DNA of 27,443 bases from Tubiluchus corallicola (lineage: Eukaryota > Animalia > Priapulida). Under the pieces are notes generated by a model. The model ran no database searches. It worked only from the letters and a program-made list of their open reading frames with translations, and was not told the DNA's origin. The position numbers and the translations under genes are program-made. Shown here piece after piece: positions 1-9,753 of the stretch. The stretch covers positions 1-27,443 of the forward strand of contig JAQGDQ010001734.1 of NCBI GenBank assembly GCA_030141605.1. The letters are read 5' to 3'. Numbering within the stretch: the first letter of the stretch is position 1; each line of letters opens with the position of its first letter.

Positions 1-185
1 TAGTCGTCGTCGTCATCGTCGTCACTGTCTTCGTCATTGTCATCGTCACCGTCATCACCATCACCATCACCATCATCATCACCATCATAGTCGTCGTCGT
101 CGTCGTCGTCGTCATCAACAACATCGTCGTCATCGTCACTGTCTTCGTCATTGTCATCATCGTCATCATTATCACCTTCATCACC

Positions 186-274
<89 letters not shown>
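1..274. repeat. Left arm of an inverted duplication (complex CAT/CGT microsatellite), truncated by the window edge
   Basis: 1-274 is the reverse complement of 1170-1443, including irregular interruptions such as GAAGACAGT, GTTGTT and GAAGGTGATGAAGGT. The pure (CAT)n run is 29 units here and 30 (ATG) units in the other arm. Confidence 0.95.
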
Positions 275-503
275 ATCATCGTGTTGCCTGCAAGGTATAG
301 TGATTTGTATGCTGTATCTGAGTAAGTAAGCTTATTATCGTATTTATGATCCAACTTACCTGTCAACAATAATGAGATTTTATAATTTCGTTGCAATTTC
401 ATAGAAAATAGAATCAAATCATGAATCAGTTTTTGTTTACGTACCAGTAGCGATGCAGTGAAGCAAAATCAACTGTGCACACAAAAGATAATTCATATTT
501 TTA

Positions 504-515
504 CCACTAGGGGGC
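504..515 (+). promoter_or_regulatory. CTCF-like core motif CCACTAGGGGGC
   Basis: Fits the CTCF core consensus CCASYAGRKGGC. Motif match only. Confidence 0.35.
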
Positions 516-668
516 CAATTCTGAAAATTCATATTAGGTTCTAAGTTCAATAATCACTGCATAAAGTCGCGGCATTTGCACAATTTTAGCTTTTCCCTTT
601 CACCCGAGGAGCTATATTATAGTTCCTCGCTTCTTTTCTTTAGCTCATATTTTTTCCATTTCACTTAC

Positions 669-687
669 GGTCGGTGATAGATCTCAT
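669..687 (-). CDS. Candidate 19-nt micro-exon of the minus-strand gene
   Basis: Minus strand: tttttcttcgtctctggcag|ATGAGATCTATCACCGACC|gtaagt, a strong pyrimidine-tract acceptor and a consensus donor. Reading frame and coding status are not certain. Confidence 0.4.
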
Positions 688-1166
688 CTGCCAGAGACGA
701 AGAAAAATAGTCAGAAAATTACTACAATTTAACGTCAGAGACGCACTTTTCAGAGGTATAAGCAGGATCGCTTGGAATTTTGCCAAGTCGGCAGCCTTAT
801 GGCAATAATAAACACGTAAATTCGAACATCAGAAAGTTTTTATGAGTAAATCAGAAATTCGGAAAGCTCTCTAGTGTGTTAATACTCACATTTCGTAAAA
901 CCCTTGCGGACAATTTACCGTTACAATTTTTTTGTTGAAAAAGTGTTTACTCTGCAGCCTCCCACGCTAAAGCAGAAGCAAGATTTTGTGAAAACTCTGC
1001 AGCGCATTTCAACAATCAGCGCAAAAACCAATAGGTAAACCTGCAGGTTTGTGACAAGCAGTGATTGACGCGCCATCTCCTATAAAACAATGAAGATTTC
1101 ATCAAAAAAACTTTATGCATTATGTCTTTCATCTTCTTATTATGTATAAAATAAAGATTTTTGATT

Positions 1167-1258
<92 letters not shown>

Positions 1259-1448
1259 GGTGATGAAGGTGATAATGATGACGATGATGACAATGACGAA
1301 GACAGTGACGATGACGACGATGTTGTTGATGACGACGACGACGACGACGACGACTATGATGGTGATGATGATGGTGATGGTGATGGTGATGACGGTGACG
1401 ATGACAATGACGAAGACAGTGACGACGATGACGACGACGACTATGATG

Positions 1449-1509
<61 letters not shown>

Positions 1510-1686
1510 CGATGGCGGTGACGATGACAATGACGATGACAATGATGATGATGAAGCGGATGACGATGACGACGGCGACGATGATGATGATGATGGTGGT
1601 GGTGGTGGTGGTGGTGGTGATGATGATGATGACGATGGGGATTATACATTTATATATATATATATATATAACAACATATATATATA
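1167..1686. repeat. Compound (GAT/GAC/GGT)n microsatellite followed by (TA)n; 1170-1443 is the right arm of the inverted duplication
   Basis: Read directly. It produces the poly-D, poly-M and poly-H pseudo-ORFs. Confidence 0.95.
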
Positions 1687-1781
1687 GTTGTTATCATGAA
1701 CCACGTTATCGTCGCCATCATCATCATGATCACTAATGTTGTCATTAAGAACAAAAAAACGTATAAATCAGTCACACTTAC

Positions 1782-1836
1782 TTTGGCGTATTATGTAAAA
1801 AGGCCTGAAGCGCCGTGTCTTCGTCGTAAAGAACAT
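1782..1836 (-). CDS. Candidate 55-nt internal exon of the minus-strand gene
   Basis: Minus strand: tttttctttttcag|ATGTTCTTTACG...ACGCCAAA|gtaagt, near-perfect splice sites. Open as xVLYDEDTALQAFLHNTP(K) or as MFFTTKTRRFRPFYIIRQ. Confidence 0.55.
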
Positions 1837-2394
1837 CTGAAAAAGAAAAATTCGTGTCAGAAGCACCTGTTACAAAAATCTGCAGTATAAACTCATTAAG
1901 ATGCACGAAACAGCGAGAACAACTGTAGCAGAAGCAGCAACGACAACAATGAACTGCATTTGTGAAAACTTACAGCAAGAAAAACAATAACAAAAAGGCA
2001 CGCACAATAACAGCAACAACGACAACTACAGCGCCAAGACAACAAAAATAAAAGCAACTGCGTCAATGACAGCGGCTGGCACAGTAACAGCGACGGCGAC
2101 AGAAGCAATAACACACAGTCACTTCCGTCACTGACTGCAACACTCAAAAAATCAATAACTCAATAGCACATTGGTTTCAATGACTAACAACTACAAAATC
2201 TCAGCTCTTCACAAAGAAGCCAGTTGAGGAAAGGAGTCAGTTTCAAAATGCAATTTGATTGTCTAGTCGCCAGAGTGACAAAAGACTTGAAAATGAAAAC
2301 AGTTCAATATCCTGCAAACTTCAGCTAACATCGCCAAATAAAGACAGAGAATTGTTTTTCTGAATGTTTCTGCGAGCTCTAATCCAATGCTGGC

Positions 2395-2715
2395 CATCGT
2401 CGTCGTCGTTAGCGCTGTTGCTGTCGTCGTTGTTGTTGTTGCCACTGTTATTGTTGTTGTTGTCATTGGCGGTGGCGGTAGTGGTAGTCCTGGTGGCGGT
2501 GGTGGTGGTGTTGGTGGTGGTGGTGGTGGTGCTACTGCTGCTGCTGTTGCGGTTGAAGTTGTTGTTGTTGTCATCGGCGGCGGCGGTGGCGGTAGTGGTA
2601 GTCCTGGTGGTGGTGGTTGTGGTGTTGGTAGTGGTGGTGATGATGGTGGTGCTGGTGTTGGTGGTGGTGGTGCTACTGCTGCTGCTGTTGCGGTTGAAGT
2701 TGTTGTTGTTGTTGT

Positions 2716-2788
<73 letters not shown>

Positions 2789-2930
2789 TGCTGCTGCTGC
2801 TACTTGCTGCTGCTGCTTGCTGCTGTTGTTGTTGTTGTTGTTGTTGCTGTTGCAACTGCTGCTGTTGTCATCTGTAAGCGTTGCCTATTGCTGCTGCTGT
2901 TGCGGTTGCTGTTGTTGTTGTTGTTGCAAT
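2395..2930. repeat. Mixed (GTT/GGT/GCT)n microsatellite with an internal duplicated block
   Basis: Trinucleotide runs. GGTAGTGGTAGTCCTGGTGG and GCTACTGCTGCTGCTGTTGCGGTTGAAGTT each occur twice. Confidence 0.9.
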
Positions 2931-3506
2931 TGCTGCAGGTTTTGTTGTCATCACTGATGCAGTCATTTACTTCCAGCTGACCCTAGTTCATGAATCAACA
3001 TGAAATCTAATCCTCAGAAAGGAACTCGTGTTGCTGTTGTTGCTGTTGCTTGCTGCTGTTGTTGTTGTTGTTGTTGCTGCTGCTGCTGCTGTTGTCGTTT
3101 GTAAGCGTTGCTACTGCTGCAGGTTTTGTTGTCATCACTGATGCATTCATGACTCTAGTATACGAATCAACATGAAATCTAATCTTCAGAAAGGAACTCA
3201 TGTTGCTGCTGCTGCTGCTGCTGCTGCTGTTGTTGTTGTTGCTGCTGTTGTCGTTTGTAAGCGTTGCTACTGCTGCAGGTTTTGTTGTCATCACTGATGC
3301 ATTCATGACTCTAGTATACGAATCAACATGAAATCTAATCTTCAGAAAGGAACTCATGTTGCTGCTGCTGCTGTTGTTGTTGTTGTTGCTGCTGTTGTCG
3401 TTTGTAAGCGTTGCTACTGCTGCAGGTTTTGTTGTCATCACTGATGCATTCATGACTCTAGTATACGAACCAACACGAAATCTAATCCTCAGAATGGAAC
3501 TCATGT

Positions 3507-3559
<53 letters not shown>

Positions 3560-3828
3560 TTGTCGTTTGTAAGCGTTGCTACTGCTGCAGGTTTTGTTGT
3601 CATCACTGATGCATTCATGACTCTAGTATACGAATCAACATGAAATCTAATCTTCAGAAAGGAACTCATGTTGCTGCTGCTACTGCTGCTGTTGTTGTTG
3701 TTGTTGCTGCTGTTGTCGTTTGTAAGCGTTGCTACTGCTGCAGGTTTTGTTATCATCACTGATGCATTCATGACTCTAGTATACGAATCAACATGAAATC
3801 TAATCCTCAGAAACGAACTCGTGTTGCC
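2866..3828. repeat. Composite tandem repeat: constant block of about 110 bp plus a variable (CTG/TTG)n tract; 5 near-identical units and 1 diverged unit
   Basis: The block TCGTTTGTAAGCGTTGCTACTGCTGCAGG...CAGAAAGGAACTC starts at 3095, 3251, 3398, 3563 and 3716 (spacings 156, 147, 165, 153). A diverged copy starts near 2866. Confidence 0.93.
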
Positions 3829-3837
3829 ATAAATTAC

Positions 3838-3896
3838 TTGGATAAATATGAGGCACCAGTTCATCCCACTCAGAGTAATCGTTAAACAGATAATTC
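3838..3896 (-). CDS. Candidate 59-nt internal exon of the minus-strand gene
   Basis: Minus strand: tttcttacag|GAATTATCTG...TATCCAA|gtaatt. Open as NYLFNDYSEWDELVPHIYP or as GIICLTITLSGMNWCLIFIQ, and either frame joins the 1782-1836 exon without a stop. The donor is only moderate. Confidence 0.4.
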
Positions 3897-4192
3897 CTGT
3901 AAGAAACTCTCCACAAAAGATTGAACTTTTCAGTATTGATTCCACGTCAGTTAAACCATTTAGCAACCTGCCCCTGAAAGTCTTCCCAACTCCAGCGCAA
4001 ATAAATTCAATCAGAACTTGACAAGTCTCTGATTGATTGTTCTGAAATCCCGCGGGAAAGTTCCCGGTAAGGATGGATCAGTTTCAGTTCTGATGTTATT
4101 ACTCGGTTATTGTTGGTTCAAAGAAATCATTAAACCTGGAATATTTTGAAATTTGATTGAAATGTTCGTTTGTTTTTTTAGTTGCTTGGTAG

Positions 4193-4716
4193 AGACTACG
4201 GCCAAATCACGTTAAAAACACCGGTTCTCGTCTGATCACCGAAGTTAAGCAACGTAGAGCTTGGTTAGTACTTGGATGGGTGACCGCCCAGGAATACCAG
4301 GTGCTGTAGGCTTGCGGGATGCCCACACTGTATTTCGACACTAGGCGGAGGAGCTGCACAAGCAGCCAACGGCTAGAGGGCGGAGGAGGTCAAGTGACCC
4401 AACGGCCATGTGTAGAAGAGGAAACCTTCCAAATCAGGAGTCGAGCCCCGAGTTGCTCACTGACTCTGGCAGCTCCTGCAGCCAACGTATCGCTCCACTT
4501 TCCTTTGGACTACACCAGGAAGGAAGAGAGGGGGTTCCTGTTGTCTGGGCAACTCAGGATCTCCATACACCTTGCCCAGGCGTGCGCCCTGGAGACGTTC
4601 AAGGATCGCACTGCTCAGCCACAGTCGACGCTGCAGCTCCATCACTGTGATCAATAACTTACTCTCTTGGCGCACACTCCATTGTCTTCCGAGACAGAAG
4701 GATGCCAACCAACCAA
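4193..4716 (+). mobile_element. 5S rRNA-derived SINE (SINE3-type) with RTE-like body and tail
   Basis: Full 5S head (4194-4313) with no oligo-dT terminator, GC-rich body, 3' hairpin TGTCT-TCCG-AGACA then GAAGGATG(CCAA)3. Flanked by the direct repeat CTTGGTAG at 4185-4192 and 4717-4724 (TSD). The RTE assignment comes from recalled resemblance of the tail, not from a search. Confidence 0.88.
4194..4313 (+). rRNA. 5S rRNA sequence (120 nt), serving as the SINE head; probably not a functional rRNA gene
   Basis: GACTACGGCCAAATCACGTT...GTTAGTACTTGGATGGGTGACCGCCCAGGAATACCAGGTGCTGTAGGCTT is colinear with metazoan 5S. Box A-like AGTTAAGC at 4243 and box C-like TGGATGGGTGACCGCC at 4273. Single copy with several substitutions and no TTTT after the 3' end. 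Confidence 0.9.
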
Positions 4717-4728
4717 CTTGGTAGTTAA

Positions 4729-5248
4729 AGGAAAGACCAAGTCATTTGAAAAGTTGGACTTTTTCAACTTGGTGAAAAATGTTAGAAGGATTTAGTAATA
4801 AAAGTGTGATAATTGCATCTAGTAGTGCAAATAGAAAAATCACTTTAAATTCGCGATCATTTCACGCTTATGCTGTCCCATTTTGAACGCTAATTCTTCC
4901 ACCAATGACGTCATTCATCGACTGAACAAAAGCAGAGCTCACTGTCAATTTCCTTCAAAAATAAAACAAGTTTTCACAAAAAAATAGATAGCTAATTTTG
5001 TGATATTTCGCATGAACATTACGTAAGCTACAGAATTTTTCATCTTTACACTTATGAACAGTCAATATGCTCACCAGTAACGTCATAATCTTCAAGTAAA
5101 TGGCAGCTACCACCACGCCTGAAAACGTCTATATAGAGATAGTGTAAATTAACATTATTTTTTTGTAAATTTCATTGTTACATTTTTTAAGTTTAAATGA
5201 TAACGGTAAATAGACCCATCATGCTGACTGAATGACTTGACCTTTCCT
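4729..5248 (+). mobile_element. Non-autonomous TIR DNA transposon (Kolobok-like, family A), full-length 520-bp copy
   Basis: Left end TTAA|AGGAAAGACCAAGTCATT and right end AATGACTTGACCTTTCCT|TTTAA give an 18-bp TIR with 2 mismatches. A TTAA target with AGG...CCT ends is typical of Kolobok. The interior aligns by eye to three other loci in the window. Confidence 0.8.
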
Positions 5249-6352
5249 TTTAATTTTGTACTTAATTTTTTTTATTCACCGCCATCCAGTGTTTGTGTCC
5301 ATCACGCAACAGTTAGACAGCCTTAACGTAAACGGTGCGGCGGGACCGCAACTTATAAAATTATCACGAGTAAGCCGAGAAAAATGAAAACTAGTTACAA
5401 TGTTAATAATTCTAAATTCTAGATTCTACCAAGCCGATGTGTGATATTTTATGTTTCCATAGCAACCACGCGATAATTTTTTTTAATTCTTCATAAAAAG
5501 AACAATATCTGTTTCAAAAATATTTCATTACATTTCAATTTTGATAAATTCTTATCAGGAAAATGCAACGTTTCAGCTGCAAACTAGCACTCGTCGCCGG
5601 GATTTATATAAAGAATGATTTAGAATGTTATGTTAAGATTAAACTAAAGCCTTAGCCAAATATATTGCTTATTAATGACATTCTGAGGGTTAAAAACAAT
5701 CGTTTATTTGGCAAAGATTATTGTAATTTTATGTGTAACCCTGATTTCTCTTTAATGAATCATAATGCAAAGACTTGGGCAAAGAAAAGTTAAGCCCCAC
5801 CCATCATTCCTGTCAACGAATCAGGATTAAAATAATTTAATGACGTCGTTGTTGACGTCAGGCGTTTATGCTTCCTGAAATTGTTTACTTTATGCCGATG
5901 ACGTTGATCTGCTATATAAAATCCTGGGTAAAAACGCCATTTTAAAGAGCTGCTTAGTCGAAATTGTAGCAAAGTCTGCCAGACTTAATCTGTTTGCAAA
6001 GAAACACCTTTCACTGGTAATTTCTATTAAAATTTTCATAAGAAGTGCAGAAAAACTGGTTAGTTTTCAGAATTACTGTCAACGTCAGTTATAGGTCGAA
6101 GAAAAAATGGTTGCCATTGTCAACACAACATTTAGCACAGATATTGGTTAGATCAATATACAGTCATCTACCGATTTTTCTTTAGCTTCAACGTTTTTTT
6201 TGTGATACCTATTTTATAGATATTGTACTACAGGGCTGTGTGGCAAAATGAAATGTAATGCTGGCAGGGGAATGCAGTAGACTTCTCAGGTGTGCGTGTG
6301 AACGTGGCTTTATCTAGCACAGACACGTATTCTGACCTTGTAAAAGCCACTA

Positions 6353-6481
6353 GTCACGTGCACACCTGAGCTTATAAAAAGGGAAAGTCTGCTGTAGATC
6401 CTTGTCAGTAGTCGTGTCTTTCATTGCAGCTGTGTTCACATTTCACAGGCTTTGCCGCAAACGCCGTTCTTCTAGGTAAGC
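6353..6481 (+). promoter_or_regulatory. Candidate Pol II core promoter and non-coding first exon
   Basis: E-box GTCACGTG (6353-6360), TATAAAA (6373-6379), initiator-like TCAGT (6405-6409) and splice donor AG|GTAAGC at 6475/6476, in the expected order. Confidence 0.4.
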
Positions 6482-6909
6482 TGTTTGTTCCTTATTGGGG
6501 GTGTGATATGTAGAATAAAATTGTCATTTCGACTCTATTGTTCGGGTTTTGTTTTGGGTTTGGTGTTGAAGGACTTAATTGGGACATGCCGCACGGTGTG
6601 GGCTGCGGTGCCATCCGTCCTGCCTCCGTTAAAGCGGACAGCAGTCCAATATACATAATTATATTTCTGAATGAAGATGTTAATGTAGTAGCTGCATTGA
6701 ATGACCCACATGGTGACTGTAGTGAAGTAATAAAACAGACGCAAAACAACTTTATCCAGAAAAATGGGCGAATTTTCCATTAGCGTTACTGCCACCCCAT
6801 ATAATGTTTCTGTTTGATCAGTGTGAGTTGTCATCGAACCATGCAAAAAATCGAAGTTACCGAACCAATAACGATAATTAGAATTTTCAAGATATCGAAG
6901 CTGATATAT

Positions 6910-6976
6910 TTCTCTCTCTCACTCTGTCTCTCACAGTCTCTCTCTTTCTCTCACTCTCCCGCCATAACCCCTGTCT

Positions 6977-7067
<91 letters not shown>

Positions 7068-7068
7068 G

Positions 7069-7104
<36 letters not shown>

Positions 7105-7125
7105 GGGCCCTCTCTCTCTCCCTAG

Positions 7126-7160
<35 letters not shown>
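6910..7160. repeat. (CT)n microsatellite
   Basis: Read directly; interrupted twice by CTGGGCC. Confidence 0.95.
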
Positions 7161-7163
<3 letters not shown>

Positions 7164-7763
7164 ATTTCTCGTTCTTTCTTTCTCTTCCTCCCTCTCCCCT
7201 GTCTCTTCTCTCCCGCTGCACACTGTCTCGATCTGTTCTCATTTCTTTCCCTTTTTCATTCTTCCTCTATCTTTGTAATTTTAATTAGTAATTTACACTG
7301 TGTCTAGAATCACCTTATTTTATTATTTTATTAGAAAATTTGTAAAATTTATACTTATGCTGATCTTGTACCTGCAAATAGAGGTCTTATTAATAAAGAT
7401 TTTAAATAAATAAATAAAATAAAATCCCTTCTCTCCCTTTTTCTCCTTCTCCCCTGTCGTGTTGTCTCTCTTTCCCTCACCCCATTCCTCACTGTATTCT
7501 ACACATCGAGCTGCATTTCTAACAACATCTAAATTCTTTCTCCCTCCACATCTTCAACTCTAATTAAAAGGAAATGACCTCCTCCTGAGAACTAAATGAC
7601 TCATCACAAGACGCAGGGTGAAGGTTATAACTCTTAACTACAACTAATCTAGCTCAGGAAATTAAAAGGTTAATGAAAGTTGATCTTTTGTTTTACATAG
7701 CTTCCAAACCACTTACGAACCTCCTGCAGTAGCTCAGATCAATATCAAAGTCGCCTGTCAAGG

Positions 7764-8187
7764 CCCTATTTTGAGACACAGTTCAGTTTGGAGTCTCATA
7801 TTGTCCCACAGTTGCCATAGTAATAACACGCGTAGGATGCATGAATAAGGGTGATGGTATTAACAATGTAGGACCGAAGAAAGATCCTTGCAGCATCCCG
7901 TAATCCCTATTTTGAGACACCGTTCAGTTTGGAGTCTCATATTGTCCCACAGTTGCTATAGTAATAACACGCGTAGGATGCATGAATAACGGTGATGGTA
8001 TTAACAATGTAGGACCAAAGATAGATCCTTGCAGCATCCCGTAATCCCTATTTTGAGACACCGTTCAGTTTGGAGTCTCATATTGTCCCACAGTTGCTAT
8101 AGTAATAACACGCGTAGGATGCATGAATAACGGTGATGGTATTAACAATGTAGGACCAAAGATAGATCCTTGCAGCATCCCGTAATC
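7764..8187. repeat. 141-bp tandem repeat, 3 copies
   Basis: CCCTATTTTGAGACAC starts at 7764, 7905 and 8046. The copies are nearly identical. Confidence 0.95.
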
Positions 8188-8947
8188 CACATGCAGTTTT
8201 ATCAATAGTAACTTTCTTTTGATCATTTTCCCTACAAGGTGCTGCTTCATCCACACTGGATAATTAACGAGTGGGCAAGAATACTAATAGAAGTGCGGAA
8301 CTATCACTGATGCTTATATAATTAATAATTTGTGCAATTTGCAACGAGCACTGCAGTATGGAGAGTGCGTTTGTAATGTTTATTAAACAACCCACAGAGA
8401 GAAAAAGTCTTGAAATTACGTTGCCCATTTACCACCTCTCTGGAACTTCAAAAAATTCACCCCCTTTTCAATTAAGTTGATCAATACAGTACCTCCTTTG
8501 AACAAAATTAGAAAAAAATACTTTAATGGCTTTAATGTCTTCCTGTTTTAGGACTCCTGGAACCAACAATCGGTCATTTCTGTAATTAGCAGTCCATCAA
8601 ATTTACAGGAGTGTGTTTATAGGAACACCAGGAGCCTGGGTATTGAACCCGGTATACTTCTCTCTTAAAAGGAACCGAAAGAGCTATAAAACTGCGCGTT
8701 TCTACTTTATATGTCTAGTTTAAGTTTTGCAGTATTCTGACAAAAATACTACCCCCAGACCGGTTTTTTGCATTTTACCTTTTACCATACGCATCCCAGT
8801 AAACCTTTTATATGACTTTTCTAAATATGTTTTGTGCACAAAATACTTATTTATTTATTTATTTATTTTAGGCGCATTGTCTCACCACGAAATAAAAGTA
8901 AAAATGCAATATGTCGATTTTTTAACATAGTCGAAACTTCGCTTGTC

Positions 8948-8991
8948 TATACATTATACATTATACATTATACATTATACATTATACATTA
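8948..8991. repeat. (TATACAT)6 short tandem repeat
   Basis: Read directly. Confidence 0.85.
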
Positions 8992-9374
8992 TTAATGTCT
9001 GTACATTAATTACTCCATCTAAAAGAAAAAGTAGTAGACAATAAATTCAAAATAACAATGACAATAACAATGGTGGTCAGCATAACCACAAATTATGCTG
9101 TTGCTGTTTACTAATGAAACACGTTTAACAAAAGTGATTTACGAATTATGGTGGGGGTAATATTTTACCCCCCCCCCCCGGTTACCAAATATGCACTTTA
9201 ACATATTGAAATTAAACATGCCATTTATTCAAAAATGACTTCCATGAAAGAATTATTACCACACAAACATAATTTCACGTTCGCGCCACTAGTTCTTCAC
9301 TGTTACATGTTTCGCCATTCGTTAGTTAGACGGGCACTAGCGCGTGCATTTCGGAAACAAATTGCACAAAATTG

Positions 9375-9753
9375 CACCTCTCAGTTCAGATATGTTAGTT
9401 TGTGACGAACTACATACATTCGACAGCTCATGCGTGAACACAGCAGTAAATTTGAAATTTGAATTTTTATCTTAAAACTTGCCTAGTTTTAGTACAGCAC
9501 TGAATACCTTACAGTAACACTGTACTTCAATTCTCGCTTCCACAAACACGTGCAACATGCTCGTGGAATATTTTTGATGTTGAAAATTATGTTAGTTTGT
9601 GACGTTATCAATAGTTGGGCTCGCCGCCGTTAATAAATTTTTAAACTATTATTTAATTATGAGAAACACATTTGCAGTATTATTTGAGTTAAAGGTATAC
9701 TTTTTATCGAACTTGAAAATGAATTAGTATACGAAAAATCATCCTGCCTCCCT
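9375..9753. mobile_element. Dispersed repeat family B, copy 1 (probable DNA transposon remnant)
   Basis: The reverse complement aligns to about 17940-18302, e.g. AAACACGTGCAACATGCTCGTGGAATATTTTTG versus CAAAAATATTCCACGAGCGTGTTGCACGTGTTT. It ends in CCTGCCTCCCT|TTAA, a Kolobok-like terminus. Confidence 0.75.

Noticed and set aside
1029-1087. CCAAT box plus TATAAAA upstream of the poly-D ORF
   Set aside because: No clear initiator or credible downstream exon, and these motifs are common in AT-rich DNA.
1115-2980. Poly-D, poly-H, poly-M, poly-L, poly-V and poly-Q ORFs
   Set aside because: They are open in several frames and on both strands only because they translate trinucleotide microsatellites. 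An inverted copy of the same tract argues against a coding role.
4194-4313. Functional 5S rDNA unit
   Set aside because: Single copy, no oligo-dT terminator, a mismatch in the terminal helix, and enclosed with a body and tail by a TSD.
4309-4381. HDV-like ribozyme topology after the 5S head (GCTGC-ACAA-GCAGC hairpin, GCTA-GAGGGC pairing with GCCC)
   Set aside because: Some RTE elements carry HDV-like ribozymes, but the P1 pairing is weak here and the L3 loop (ATTTCG) does not fit the consensus. A descriptor search on the family consensus would be needed.
4319-4708. Three overlapping ORFs in the SINE body
   Set aside because: Chance ORFs in a GC-rich non-coding element; no RT or endonuclease motifs.
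6492-6846. Overlapping 80-100 aa ORFs on both strands
   Set aside because: No recognisable domain and no convincing paired splice sites.
8620-8700. Minus-strand B-box-like GGGTTCAATACCC suggesting a tRNA or SINE
   Set aside because: No A box or cloverleaf can be built.
9153-9179. GGGGGTAA-TATT-TTACCCCC hairpin with a poly-C run
   Set aside because: Possibly a transposon subterminal palindrome, but no matching ends were found.
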